Shown here: piece by piece, positions 17,598-27,793 of the stretch
Layout of the letters: each line of letters opens with the position of its first letter
Numbering within the stretch: position 1 is the first letter of the stretch
Source: Patescibacteria group bacterium
GTDB lineage: Bacteria; Patescibacteriota; SICC01
NCBI GenBank assembly: GCA_040902515.1
Contig: JBBDXB010000006.1
Span: 268,280 to 332,279 of the forward strand
DNA: 64,000 nt
Direction of reading: 5' to 3'
The notes under the pieces: generated by a model
The model's database searches: none
What the model was told of the DNA's origin: nothing
What the model saw: the letters and a program-made list of their open reading frames with translations, nothing else
Translations under genes and position numbers: made by a program

Positions 17598-18368
17598 CTA
17601 CGTGGCGAGGTCGAATTCGAGGATCATCGGGAGATGATCCGAGATTGGCACATCCGGAACTTCGAACGAGCGGACCTGCACGCCCGGGGTTACCAACGTA
17701 TAGTCGGCGAATCGATCCGATCTCTTGTAGAGCGCGCTGCGGGTAGTTTGAATGTCAAAATCAGCGATCAGATTACGGTAGCCCTGTTCAAGCATCCGTA
17801 AGCTTTCGGTACCCGGGTTGAGGTTCAGGTCTCCGCACAGTATCTTCTCGCCGGGCTGTGCATCGAGAAACTCCCGTATCCGGCGCGATTGAATCAGGCG
17901 TTCTTCCGTATCGGTTTTTCCGATGTTGGGCACCCAGAGTCCGTGGAGCGTGGAGATCGTGAGCGGCTTGCCGGACAGAGCCGGCTTCACATTCAGCAGG
18001 TGCTTGGTCTCGTGGTAGGGATGGTCCGAGCTGTCGTTGTTTTCCAGGAGCACCACATGGGAAAATTCCGGCTTCAGCGACGTTTGGGCGAAAATCGCAC
18101 TGCCAAATGAAAGGTCATACGGTACCGGGCTGCGATCGATCGCAAACCCGACCTGCCCGGGAATGTAGTACGGCTCGAATGACGGGAGCGCCTGCTTGAG
18201 CTCATCAAGCAGGTTCAGTCGGAACTCGCCGTCGGAAACCTTGCCGGCGGAATTATTGAACACCTCCTGAAAGCAGAAAAGGTCCGTATAGGGAGCATGG
18301 GTCTTGATGAATTCGAGTAGCGGGTCGAGCTCATGTCCGCCCCACGCGTTCAGACAGACGAGCTTCAC
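17598..18368 (-). CDS. Endonuclease/exonuclease/phosphatase (EEP) family protein
   Basis: 256-aa ORF ending DHLPMILEFD, with an N-terminal ...CLNAWGG... EEP pattern. Confidence 0.6.
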   Translation of the reverse strand: MKLVCLNAWGGHELDPLLEFIKTHAPYTDLFCFQEVFNNSAGKVSDGEFRLNLLDELKQALPSFEPYYIPGQVGFAIDRSPVPYDLSFGSAIFAQTSLKPEFSHVVLLENNDSSDHPYHETKHLLNVKPALSGKPLTISTLHGLWVPNIGKTDTEERLIQSRRIREFLDAQPGEKILCGDLNLNPGTESLRMLEQGYRNLIADFDIQTTRSALYKRSDRFADYTLVTPGVQVRSFEVPDVPISDHLPMILEFDLAT

Positions 18369-19354
18369 AGCAGGCCCATGGCCCGCTTGGCGTCGGCCAA
18401 CGTGGCATCGGCGATCGGGCGGGCCTTTTCCGCGCCCGCGGTCAGGACGGCATCGATCACGCCGGGATCCTTTTCCAGTTCCACGCGTCTTCGCTGGATC
18501 GGATCCAGCGCGGCAACGATCGTTTCCGCCAGCGCTTCCTTGAACTCCTTGTAACCCGTGCCACCGAACTCTTCCTCAAGCTCGGCGATGCTCTTTCCAG
18601 ACAGCGTTCCCATGATCGTCAGCAGGTTCGTGAGGGCAGGCTTGTCCGAACCGCTCACAATCTTGTCCCCCGAATCGGTCACCGCCCGGGAGATCTTCCG
18701 GCGGACGGCGTCGGCATCATCAGCCAGTTCGATCCGGCTGGCTTCGGAGGGGGCACTCTTCGACATCTTCTTGCTCGGATCATCGAGCGCCATCACCCGG
18801 GCGCCCTGTTCCGGAATCAGCGGTTCCGGCACCCGGAACGTCTCACCGAACCGGCCGTTGAACCGTTCCGCGAGGTCGCGGGTCAGTTCGATGTGCTGTT
18901 TCTGGTCCTCGCCGACCGGCACCGCTTCCGGACGATACAGCAGGATGTCGGCAGCCATCAGTACCGGGTAATCGAACAGGCCCGCGCCGATCGAGGCGTC
19001 GGCCTGGCCGCCGGCCTTGTCCTTGTACTGGGTCATCCGTTTCAGCTCACCCATCGTAGCGATCGTGTTCAGCAGCCACCCCAGTTCGGCGTGTGCCGCG
19101 ATCCCGGACTGACGGAACAGCACGGTCTTGTCGGGGTCGATGCCGCAGGCTAGGTACGTCGCGACCGTCTCCCGGATCTGCGCGCGGAGCTCCTCCGGCT
19201 CCTGCGGAACGGTGATCGAATGCAGATCCGCGATGAAGAAGAAACACTCGTAGTGCTCCTGTAGCTCGATGAACCGGCGAAAAGCGCCGACGTAGTTACC
19301 GAGGTGAAGGCTGCCGCTCGACTGGATTCCGGAAACGATGCGTTTTTTACTCAT
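18365..19354 (-). CDS. trpS: Tryptophan--tRNA ligase
   Basis: GIQSSGSLHLGNY (HIGH-type) and KMSKS motifs. 329 aa. Confidence 0.9.
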   Translation of the reverse strand: MSKKRIVSGIQSSGSLHLGNYVGAFRRFIELQEHYECFFFIADLHSITVPQEPEELRAQIRETVATYLACGIDPDKTVLFRQSGIAAHAELGWLLNTIATMGELKRMTQYKDKAGGQADASIGAGLFDYPVLMAADILLYRPEAVPVGEDQKQHIELTRDLAERFNGRFGETFRVPEPLIPEQGARVMALDDPSKKMSKSAPSEASRIELADDADAVRRKISRAVTDSGDKIVSGSDKPALTNLLTIMGTLSGKSIAELEEEFGGTGYKEFKEALAETIVAALDPIQRRRVELEKDPGVIDAVLTAGAEKARPIADATLADAKRAMGLL

Positions 19355-19373
19355 GCGTCCAGTGTAAGCTGAG

Positions 19374-20312
19374 GTGGTGAGCGAACAAAAGCCGCCGATC
19401 GAGTGGTGCGTGGCCGGAACGCTGGCCTGGTTCGGGGTACTGGGCCGCGCCCTGACCGCCGCCGACTTGGAGCGGTTGCTCCTCAGGCGCTCGGCCGATC
19501 ACGCGGAGATCGAAAAGACCCTCGGTCGCCTGGGCACCAAGGTCAGTAAACGGCACGATGCCTACCGCGTCCGAGGGGCATCGATCCGGCAGTCGACCAC
19601 GAAATCCGACCGCGCCTATCGCTTCAAGTGGTGGCGCGTCCGGGTAGCGGCATCGCTCCTCCGCCACGTTCCGTTCATCCGGATGGTGGCCGTCGGCAAC
19701 ACCCTGGCGGACCGGACCGCCAGTCCCGAGAGCGACATCGACCTGTTCATCGTGACGGACCGGCGGCGGCTCTTCACCGCGCGGACGGTCACCACCGCCC
19801 TGCTCCAGGTCTTCGGTCTGCGGCGCCACGGCCGGAAGGTCCGCGACCGGATGTGTCTCTCGTTCTGGGTGACGGAGGAACACCTCGACCTGTCCGACAT
19901 CGCCTTCGCGCCGTATGACATTTACCTGGCTTACTGGATCGCGGAACTCCGGCCGGTACTGGATTCGTCCGGCGAGACGTATCCCGCCTTCCTGGCCGCG
20001 AACCGGTGGGTCCGGGAGTTCGTGCCTCGCTATGACACGGTCCGGTTCGAGGCGTCCGGACTGTCCCGGGTCGCCCGACGGCTCGAACGGCTGCTCGACA
20101 GCGGGGTCGGTGACCGGATCGAGCAGCGGCTGTCCCGCTGGCAGCTGAAGCGGATCGATACCGGCGAGCGGCAGGATGCGCCCGACGTGAAGATCGTCGC
20201 CGACCGGACGATGCTCAAGTTCCACGAGAAGGAGCGCCGGAAGGCCTACCGCGACGAGTGGGAACTGCTGATGCGTTCACTCGACTTCGACCCTAAGCGG
20301 ATCATTAAGTAA
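19374..20312 (+). CDS. Nucleotidyltransferase-fold domain protein (hypothetical)
   Basis: GNTLADRTASPESDIDLFIVTD resembles the GS-x9-DxD Pol-beta-type NTase motif. GTG start. Confidence 0.4.
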   Translation: MVSEQKPPIEWCVAGTLAWFGVLGRALTAADLERLLLRRSADHAEIEKTLGRLGTKVSKRHDAYRVRGASIRQSTTKSDRAYRFKWWRVRVAASLLRHVPFIRMVAVGNTLADRTASPESDIDLFIVTDRRRLFTARTVTTALLQVFGLRRHGRKVRDRMCLSFWVTEEHLDLSDIAFAPYDIYLAYWIAELRPVLDSSGETYPAFLAANRWVREFVPRYDTVRFEASGLSRVARRLERLLDSGVGDRIEQRLSRWQLKRIDTGERQDAPDVKIVADRTMLKFHEKERRKAYRDEWELLMRSLDFDPKRIIK

Positions 20313-20334
20313 GCTTGCCTGATAAAATGGGTGC

Positions 20335-20955
20335 ATGGTGTTCTCTCGACTGGTCGGCATGGTGTTTCCGTCCCGCTGCGTCGGATGCGAGATTCCCGGC
20401 AGCTGGTGGTGTTCCGACTGTGACCGACGGATCGTCCCGGTCGGGATGGTGTCCGTTCCAGGACTGGACGGGTTGATCGCGGCCGGCATCCATCGGGAGC
20501 CCCTGACGCGCTGGGTGAAAGCGCTCAAGTACCGCCACGTGAAAGCGGTGATCCCGACCTTGGTGGAACGCCTTACGGTCCTGTTGGCAGACCTTCGGCG
20601 GCGGCATCGGGACCTCGTGCTCGTGCCCGTGCCGCTCCATCCCCGGCGGCTCCGCAGCCGCGGCCATAACCAATCGGCCCTGCTTGCCGGAGCGTTAGCC
20701 GCGGCCACCGGGCTGCCGGTATCCTCCGGCCTGATCCGCTGCCACCGCACGCGGACCCAGACCGGGCTCGGTCGCGCCGAGCGGAGACGGAACGTCGCGG
20801 GCGCGTTCGCATGGACGGGCCCTCTTCCGGCAAACCGGACGGTCGTCCTGGTCGACGATGTCTATACCACGGGCGCCACGCTGGCCGCCTGTGCCGAAGC
20901 CTGCCGCGAAGCAGGCGCCGCGCAGGTATACGGGCTCGTCGTCGGGAAGCGCTAA
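20335..20955 (+). CDS. comFC: ComF family phosphoribosyltransferase-like protein (ComFC-like)
   Basis: N-terminal Cys-rich zinc-finger-like segment CVGCEIPGSWWCSDCD and C-terminal PRTase motif VVLVDDVYTTGATL. Confidence 0.7.
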   Translation: MVFSRLVGMVFPSRCVGCEIPGSWWCSDCDRRIVPVGMVSVPGLDGLIAAGIHREPLTRWVKALKYRHVKAVIPTLVERLTVLLADLRRRHRDLVLVPVPLHPRRLRSRGHNQSALLAGALAAATGLPVSSGLIRCHRTRTQTGLGRAERRRNVAGAFAWTGPLPANRTVVLVDDVYTTGATLAACAEACREAGAAQVYGLVVGKR

Positions 20956-20969
20956 GCGGCCCGGTCCGA

Positions 20970-22712
20970 TTAGTTCAGGCTGCGCTCGCCCGGCAGTGGG
21001 AAGGCCTTCCGCGGCTTGTAGCTCGAGTAGAAGACACGGTCGATCGGCTGCGGACCGCCATCCACCACGTAGCGGAACGACGCGGTGCCACCGCCTTCTT
21101 CCGTCGCGTTGATGTGCACGATCTCCGTATTCGCCTCCCGTCCGTCCGCGGTGCCGAAGAACTGGTACGTGATGCTCTGTCCCGAAACGCTGGTCTGCAC
21201 CAGGATATGCCCCGGCGTGTTGTTGACGAACCGCATGTCGGGATACGGCGGATAGATCGTCGCATCCATCCCGATCGGCGCGTAGTAATGGACCGCATAG
21301 GAGTGGTTGGTGCGCGCGGTGATCGGCAGCCCCGTGTCCAGCGCGGCCCGGAACATGGTCGTCGAGACCTGGCAGAGACCGCCGCCGTACTGCGGCTCCG
21401 TCCGGTTCTCCAGGATCACCAGTTCCTCGACGTATCCCGTTTCCGGACCGACTTCGCCGAGGGTGCCGTTGAACGAGAATTCCTCGCCGGGTTTGATCAG
21501 CGTGCCGTCGAACTTATCCGCTCCCACGCCGATGTTATACGTCCGGTCGGCCGAGCTGCCTTCGAACGTCGTCGTCGCGCTGCCGATCAGCGTCTCCAGC
21601 CCGAGACGATCCAGGTTCCCCGGACTGATCTGGGCAGGCTCCTCCTTGATCGGCAGCCGGGCGACCTCGTCGGCACGCACCCTGGCCGCGATCACCTCGA
21701 CGGCCTTCGCGCGATCCACGACCACGCCGCCCCGCGGTTCTCCGGAGAACGTGACCTGGCCGCCCTCGAACGCCAGCCGGCCGTTCACCGGTGGACGATC
21801 CACCTGGTCGGCGAGGGTCCGGACGTACGTACCGACCGCGTCGCGGTCGTACGTGGCGGCCACCCGCTTGGCCGGCGCCTGGCCGCCCAGCTCCTCCGGG
21901 CTGATGGACACCAGTGACAGGAATGCCGGCACGACCGTGGCTCCGTCGATGAACGAGTTCTCCGCCCGCGCTTCCTCGGTCCGGAACCCGACCCAGCTCC
22001 GTACCGTATCGACATCCGGTCGGAACGTCCGGCCGCCGGCTTCGATCACCGCGGACCGCCCGGCCAGCATCCGGGCCTCTCCCAGCGTTCCGGACAGCTG
22101 GCTCCGCGTGATCTCCGGCTTCAGCACGGTTTCCTCGAGCACGATCTCCGTCTCGAAGTGCTCGACGGCGTGGTTGGCATCACGTATCGCCTGGTCCAGG
22201 TCCACGCCGAACCCGTCGGCTTCCGGCTCCGTCACGAAGTCGTCCCCGGCCCGTACCACCCGGGCATCCCGGGCGGGGGTCGTCACTCCGCTTACCCGGT
22301 CGAGCAGCTTCTGGCGGAGCGCCGGACGGTTCAACCGGTATCGCAGCGGCGACTCGTACTCCGCCATGCCCAGGACGAACGGGCTGAGCGCGTCGAGCGC
22401 GTCGTCACGGCCCGCCCGCATCGTGGCAGCGGCCGTCGCCTCCACGTCGACCGACAGGCCGACCTCCTTGGCGCCGAACGTATATTCCCGGTCCCGGTAA
22501 CGGAACGTGAGCTCCTTGATGTCCGCCGTCTGTCGGGTCACGAACTCCCGCACGTCGGCTTCCGACATGCCTCCCACGTTGTGCCCGCCGACGGTCACGC
22601 CGGGCAGCGCCCGGTCGGCGTATACGAACTGGCCCGCCGCGACGATCGCCACGACGAATGCCGCCAGGGCCAGCCCGGCACGCAGGAACGGCCTCCCCTT
22701 GCGCTCGTTCAT
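20970..22712 (-). CDS. VanW family protein
   Basis: N-terminal TM, with C-terminal YGGGLCQVSTTMFRAALDTGLPI...HSY characteristic of the VanW domain. Confidence 0.8.
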   Translation of the reverse strand: MNERKGRPFLRAGLALAAFVVAIVAAGQFVYADRALPGVTVGGHNVGGMSEADVREFVTRQTADIKELTFRYRDREYTFGAKEVGLSVDVEATAAATMRAGRDDALDALSPFVLGMAEYESPLRYRLNRPALRQKLLDRVSGVTTPARDARVVRAGDDFVTEPEADGFGVDLDQAIRDANHAVEHFETEIVLEETVLKPEITRSQLSGTLGEARMLAGRSAVIEAGGRTFRPDVDTVRSWVGFRTEEARAENSFIDGATVVPAFLSLVSISPEELGGQAPAKRVAATYDRDAVGTYVRTLADQVDRPPVNGRLAFEGGQVTFSGEPRGGVVVDRAKAVEVIAARVRADEVARLPIKEEPAQISPGNLDRLGLETLIGSATTTFEGSSADRTYNIGVGADKFDGTLIKPGEEFSFNGTLGEVGPETGYVEELVILENRTEPQYGGGLCQVSTTMFRAALDTGLPITARTNHSYAVHYYAPIGMDATIYPPYPDMRFVNNTPGHILVQTSVSGQSITYQFFGTADGREANTEIVHINATEEGGGTASFRYVVDGGPQPIDRVFYSSYKPRKAFPLPGERSLN

Positions 22713-22954
22713 CGGCCTCCGCCGAGCAGCTCCTTGAGCACCGCCCGGGCTTGTTCATGACGGTCGGTGGCAGCCTGTGATTCGGTCATCAGGCGGACGA
22801 TCATCGTGTCACCCTCCGATACCCGGGGCGCGGCCTCCCGCGGCCACTCGAACGTCTTCCCGTCCAACGACAGGACGATGTGGCGATCGGAGACCGATAC
22901 GACGGTGGCTTGGCGATCATGTGCGTTCATTGTAGTACGGGTGCCTGGTGAGGA
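22709..22954 (-). CDS. Small hypothetical protein upstream of and overlapping the VanW gene
   Basis: ORF whose stop overlaps the VanW start (4 nt). TATACT box 7 nt upstream of the ATG at 22954. Start is uncertain (alternatives 22990, 22930). Confidence 0.3.
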   Translation of the reverse strand, partial: SSPGTRTTMNAHDRQATVVSVSDRHIVLSLDGKTFEWPREAAPRVSEGDTMIVRLMTESQAATDRHEQARAVLKELLGGGR

Positions 22955-22996
22955 CATCTCAGTATACAAGCCTCCGTGGGCCATATGCACGTCCGA

Positions 22997-24139
22997 CTAC
23001 CGGAGCGCCGATTCGTAGACCGCCAGCGTCTCCCGGGCGGTCTTCTGCCAGGAGTACCGCTTGACCCTGGCAAGGCCGCGGCGGCGGAGCGTCCGGCGGA
23101 GCGCCGGATCGAACAGCGTCCGTTCGACGACACGCGCTACGTCGGCGGTATTCCGGGGGTTGAAGAACGCCGCGGCGTCGCCGAGGATCTCGGGCATCGG
23201 CGGCGCGTCGGACGCCGCGACCGGCGTGCCGCAGGCCATCGCTTCGAGCGGCGGCAGGCCGAAGCCCTCGGTGAGCGACGGGAACGCGAAGGCATCGGCG
23301 GCGGCATAGTACCGGGGCAGGTCCTCGTCATCCACGAACCCCGTGCAGGTCACCGCCTCGGACAATCCCAACGAACGGATGGTACGGGGGATGATCGGGA
23401 ACGCCGGGTCGCGCTTGCCGACCAGGATCAGCCGCACCGCCGGGTGCTTCCGCCGTAGCAACCGGAACGCCTTGAGCAGCCGGACGAGGTTCTTGTGCTC
23501 CCGCCACTGTCCCGTGTACATCACGAACGGGTCGGCGAGGCCGCGCTCCCGCCGGAACGCCGTGACCTCCGCCCGGGACAGCGGCTTGAACCGCGGCTCC
23601 ACGGCTTCGTAGACCACTTCGATCTTCCCGTCGAACGCCCGGAAATCCCGGGCGATGATCTTCCGCTGGTACTCCGAGATGGTGATGATCTTCCGGCTGT
23701 TGCGGATCCCGGCCCGGACGACCGCCCGCATCGGTCCGTGTTTCAGCTTGGAAAGCCGGCTGCGGCCCGCGTACCGGAGCAGGGTAAGGTCGTGGACCGT
23801 TACCACGAAGGGATCGTGGTAACGGATCGGCAGGTTGAAGTTGGTGAAGTGCATCAGGTCGAGGCGGGCCCGGGACAGCTCACCGGGAAGCAGCATCTGC
23901 TCACGGAATGAGTAGTGCGGCGTCCGGGTGACGACGGTCTCGAACCGCGGCCCGCGGTGCGGGAACGACCGGGCGTCCTCGGGGCGGAGGAACACCACGA
24001 ACGTGTGCGGCGTCCGAACCGCGGCCAGGTGGCTGATCAGCTCGCGGGTGTACCGGGCCAATCCCGCCGAGCCAAGTCCGTGGAACCGGGCGTCGATGCC
24101 GATCCGCTTGCCCGCGGTGGCGGCGCGGCGAGGACTCAC
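22997..24139 (-). CDS. Glycosyltransferase family 4
   Basis: C-terminal GT-B motif FAFPSLTEGFGLPPLEAMACGTPVAASD. Confidence 0.8.
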   Translation of the reverse strand: MSPRRAATAGKRIGIDARFHGLGSAGLARYTRELISHLAAVRTPHTFVVFLRPEDARSFPHRGPRFETVVTRTPHYSFREQMLLPGELSRARLDLMHFTNFNLPIRYHDPFVVTVHDLTLLRYAGRSRLSKLKHGPMRAVVRAGIRNSRKIITISEYQRKIIARDFRAFDGKIEVVYEAVEPRFKPLSRAEVTAFRRERGLADPFVMYTGQWREHKNLVRLLKAFRLLRRKHPAVRLILVGKRDPAFPIIPRTIRSLGLSEAVTCTGFVDDEDLPRYYAAADAFAFPSLTEGFGLPPLEAMACGTPVAASDAPPMPEILGDAAAFFNPRNTADVARVVERTLFDPALRRTLRRRGLARVKRYSWQKTARETLAVYESALR

Positions 24140-25359
24140 GCCGCCCTCCGGCGCGGGAGCGCGGCCAGCACGAACACCAGCATGAATATGATCGCGAGGT
24201 CGTTCTTGAGCACGGGCGTGTCCACCAGCCCGTGGGCGAGGATCGCGGCAGCCATAGCGGCCGCGGACACGGCCCAGCGGTCACGGCGGCGCCAGAGAAC
24301 GGCCGCCAACGTGGTGAGGAGGCCGGCCAAGCCGGCTACCGTCGCGAGCCCCCATTCCGTCCAGGTGACCAGGAAGAGGTTGTGGGCATCCGGCGCGCGC
24401 GGCACGATGAACCGGCGGAGGTCCTCGTCGTCACCGACCCGGGCCCGAACCTCGTCCTGGAAATACTCGGGTCCGGCACCGAGCAGCGGCCGCTCAGCGA
24501 TGACCGCGGCAGCGGTCTTCCACAGCACGGGCCGCGTCGAGAACCGGTCGTCGCGGTCGGCGTTCAGAAGGATTCCGGTGACAAGGAGCGCCCCGATGAC
24601 CATGGCGGCGGTAATCCGCTTCCGCCAAGCCGGGCCGCTGCGCAGGAGGGCCAGCACCAAGCCGCCGGCCGCCAAGGCCAGCAGGCCGCCGCGGGATTGG
24701 CTCCCGGCCAGCAGCGCCAGGCCGAGCACGGCAGGGCCGAACCGGGCCAGCCGGGAAAGGCGGCCCGGCCACCCCAGGACCAGCAGGGTCAGCGGTACCG
24801 TCAGGTGGGCCATGAAATTCGGTGACTGGAACGGCCCGGCCAAGCGGCCGTCGTACGAGAGCGCCGACCCGCCGGCCGCCAGCACGGCTGTCCACGCAGC
24901 GGCCACGCCGATCGCACCGATCGCACCGTAGAGGAGCGGGCGAACCGGCTCGACCTTGAATACGGAGCGGGCAGCCACGAAGAAGACCGCCGGCTCCAGG
25001 AAGAACGCGCGCCAGAGGCCGAGGGCCTGTTTCGGGTCCGGTGCGAGGACCGCGGCCAGAAGCGAGCCCAGCACCCACAACGCCAGCCAGGGGTCGAACG
25101 GCGAGCGGACGGGGCGGTACCGCGGCCACCGGCTCAGCACGCCCAGCACCACCGCTCCCAAGATCAGCTCAAGCAGCGTGGTCGGCACGCCGAGCGAACC
25201 GCGCACCTGGTAGAGCGGCAGGGCGGCCACCACCAGGGCGATCCCCCAGTCCGCACGGCGGCGGGCGAGCAGGAACGCACCGACCGCGGCGGCGGCGATC
25301 GCCAGCCACCCTATCCCCGAAATCATGATCGTTTCCTCCGTGCCGATGAACCCGTTCAT
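24136..25359 (-). CDS. O-antigen ligase/polymerase-like (Wzy_C domain) membrane protein
   Basis: More than 10 TM segments, with GSQSRGGLLALAAGG and AHNLFL motifs of the Wzy_C family. Confidence 0.65.
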   Translation of the reverse strand: MNGFIGTEETIMISGIGWLAIAAAAVGAFLLARRRADWGIALVVAALPLYQVRGSLGVPTTLLELILGAVVLGVLSRWPRYRPVRSPFDPWLALWVLGSLLAAVLAPDPKQALGLWRAFFLEPAVFFVAARSVFKVEPVRPLLYGAIGAIGVAAAWTAVLAAGGSALSYDGRLAGPFQSPNFMAHLTVPLTLLVLGWPGRLSRLARFGPAVLGLALLAGSQSRGGLLALAAGGLVLALLRSGPAWRKRITAAMVIGALLVTGILLNADRDDRFSTRPVLWKTAAAVIAERPLLGAGPEYFQDEVRARVGDDEDLRRFIVPRAPDAHNLFLVTWTEWGLATVAGLAGLLTTLAAVLWRRRDRWAVSAAAMAAAILAHGLVDTPVLKNDLAIIFMLVFVLAALPRRRAA

Positions 25360-26687
25360 CGCCGGCTCCGTCCGGCCGGCAGCGTCACCGCCACCAGCAA
25401 CAGCCAGGGCACCAGCAGGAGCGTGTAGAGCAGTACGTTATTGAAGAAGGAAGCGGCGATAAACGCGAGGGTAAACCACAGCAGTGCGGTCGCGATCCAG
25501 GCGTCCTCGCCTCTGCCGCCCGCCACCCCGAACAGTCCACGGAGGACCTGCACCAGGAATGCCAGCATGAGCCCTAGGCCGACCAACCCGGTCGTCGCCC
25601 AGATGTTCAACAGCGAGATGTCCGAGCCGTGGCTGGAATTGCGCCGTACGATTGTCCTGCCCTGTTCGTCCTGTTCCTCCACCGGGGCGAAGCCATACGC
25701 GTTATACCCCACGCCGATCACCGGATTCTGCAGAGCCAATTCGAAGCCTTCCTGGACGCTGCTGATCCGCGTAGAGCCGGTGGGATCACATTCCCGGTCC
25801 CTCCTTTCATCGCACTCGAAGCCCTCGTCGGAATACCGGGACGTATCGGCCAGCGAAGGTACGGTCTCGAACCGGTCGGACAGCCTGGTGGGAACGAACA
25901 GCGCGGCAACGAATACCGCCGCGATGAGAAAGGCGGCCAAACGGCTACGTTTCCAGGCTATCGCGGGAATCGCGATCAGTCCCGCGACCCAGGCACTGCG
26001 GGAATACGTCAGGTACAGCGCGAGCCAGCCGGCGGCGAACAGCACCAGGTACAGCCTCGCCCTACTCCGGTCCGGCTTGAAGCAGTACTTTGCCAACACG
26101 AAGCCCATTGCCAGGATCGCGAACATACCGAAGAGGTTCGGGTCATAGAAGGTGGAGAGGAGTCTTCCGATGTGGGGATCCCATCCCTCCGATCTCATGA
26201 AACCGAAGTGCGGGTACCGGAGGAGGATCAGGAACCCGAATCCGATCAGGGCAACGGCCGCTGCCGTGAACCATTCGTGCACGGGAACCCGGAATCGCCG
26301 GGCTTCGAATCCGAAACCCCACGCCAGGAAGAACGCGGCCGCCAGGCGCGCAAGGTATCCGGCCGCGATCAAAAGCTCCCGTGTCTCGTGTGCCGCTGCG
26401 TTCACGAGCAACACGAGAGTGGCCCAACCCAGGAACAACGCGCTCCACTTCCATGCCGGGTGACGCCATACGAACGCTCCGAACGCACGGAGCTGTTTCA
26501 AAGCGACCAGACGTATGGCAAATCCCGCCAGCACCAGCACTAGCGCGAGGTCTATCGGAGTGACCGCCAGCTGGGAGCCCGTTACCGGACGGAACTGCAG
26601 CGCCTCGCCGGTGATCAGGGAGCCGAAGATGATTACCGAGGCGATCACGGGCCAGTGTCGGGAAACGAACGTTCGCATGGTTCCCAT
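25356..26687 (-). CDS. O-antigen ligase/polymerase-like (Wzy_C domain) membrane protein
   Basis: Polytopic. LTYSRSAWVAGLIAIP and a large periplasmic loop. Paralog of the neighbouring gene. Confidence 0.65.
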   Translation of the reverse strand: MGTMRTFVSRHWPVIASVIIFGSLITGEALQFRPVTGSQLAVTPIDLALVLVLAGFAIRLVALKQLRAFGAFVWRHPAWKWSALFLGWATLVLLVNAAAHETRELLIAAGYLARLAAAFFLAWGFGFEARRFRVPVHEWFTAAAVALIGFGFLILLRYPHFGFMRSEGWDPHIGRLLSTFYDPNLFGMFAILAMGFVLAKYCFKPDRSRARLYLVLFAAGWLALYLTYSRSAWVAGLIAIPAIAWKRSRLAAFLIAAVFVAALFVPTRLSDRFETVPSLADTSRYSDEGFECDERRDRECDPTGSTRISSVQEGFELALQNPVIGVGYNAYGFAPVEEQDEQGRTIVRRNSSHGSDISLLNIWATTGLVGLGLMLAFLVQVLRGLFGVAGGRGEDAWIATALLWFTLAFIAASFFNNVLLYTLLLVPWLLLVAVTLPAGRSRR

Positions 26688-26696
26688 GATACTGAA

Positions 26697-27788
26697 CTAA
26701 CGGCCCGCTGACCGACGGATCGCCTCGAGCGCCCGGTCCGCGGCAACGTCCCAGGAGAACTTCCGGGCACGGGTACGGCCGCGTTTGGCCAGACTGGCAC
26801 GGCGCGGTGCGTTTCCGAGGAGCGTCTTCAGGCCGCTCCGAATGGAACGGGCGCTGCGCGGCTTGCAGTACAGAGCGGCGTCGCCCGCCAACTCCCGCAG
26901 CGCCGGCGTGTCCGATAGCAGCGCCGGCAGGCCGGACTGCATCGCCTCGAGGGCCGGCAGGCCGAACCCTTCGTAGCGGCTCGGGTAGCAGAACGCGAGA
27001 GCGCCGGCATAGAGTGCCGGAAGCTCGTCATCGCCGACGTCGTCCAGCACCCGGGTCGAAGTCGCCGTGGCACACGCCCGTTCGACCGGGCCGTATCCCC
27101 AGCCCCATCGCCCCACGATGACCAGCTCCGTCTTTCCACGGACCTCCGCCGGCAGCCCTTCGAACGCCTCGATCAGCGCGGCGAAGTTCTTGCGCGGCTC
27201 GATCGTCCCCACGGCAAGAAGGTAGCGCGCCGGCAGGTTCCGTCGCGCCCGGACGGCAGCCTGAGCCTTGGCGGAAACCTTCCGTCCGAACGCCGGACCC
27301 GCGGCCAGCGGCGCGACGGTCACGGGCGGGAGTTTCCGGTACCGCGCCGCCAGGTCGGCCTTGGTCGTCTCGGAGTTCACGATGACCCCGGCGGCCTTGC
27401 GGAGCGCCCGCCGGAGCAGGGCCTGTTCCATCAGCCGTGCCTTCAGGCCCACGCCGCCGGCCTTCGAGAACGCGATCAGGTCATGGACGAACAGCACGAC
27501 GGGCTTCCGTACGAACCGGGACGTCAGGAAGCTGGTCGCGGCGAAGTAGACGTCGCAGGCGCGGTTCGCCGCCGCCGCCGTGCGCCGGTGCCAGAGGGGC
27601 CCTTTGCCGGAGACGATCCGCCAGCGGCAGTTCGCCGGCAGCTCCCAGTCGAAGCGGCGATCGGAGAACAGCAGCCAGGTGTCATCCGGCGAGCGGTCGG
27701 CCAGCCGCGGCACCAGTTCCGCGACCACCCGGCCTTTGCCGGCACGCCGCTCGGGTGCGGCTTCACGTACGTCGACTCCGATTACCAT
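26697..27788 (-). CDS. Glycosyltransferase family 4
   Basis: YPSRYEGFGLPALEAMQSGLPALLSD. Confidence 0.8.
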   Translation of the reverse strand: MVIGVDVREAAPERRAGKGRVVAELVPRLADRSPDDTWLLFSDRRFDWELPANCRWRIVSGKGPLWHRRTAAAANRACDVYFAATSFLTSRFVRKPVVLFVHDLIAFSKAGGVGLKARLMEQALLRRALRKAAGVIVNSETTKADLAARYRKLPPVTVAPLAAGPAFGRKVSAKAQAAVRARRNLPARYLLAVGTIEPRKNFAALIEAFEGLPAEVRGKTELVIVGRWGWGYGPVERACATATSTRVLDDVGDDELPALYAGALAFCYPSRYEGFGLPALEAMQSGLPALLSDTPALRELAGDAALYCKPRSARSIRSGLKTLLGNAPRRASLAKRGRTRARKFSWDVAADRALEAIRRSAGR

Positions 27789-27793
27789 ACGTC

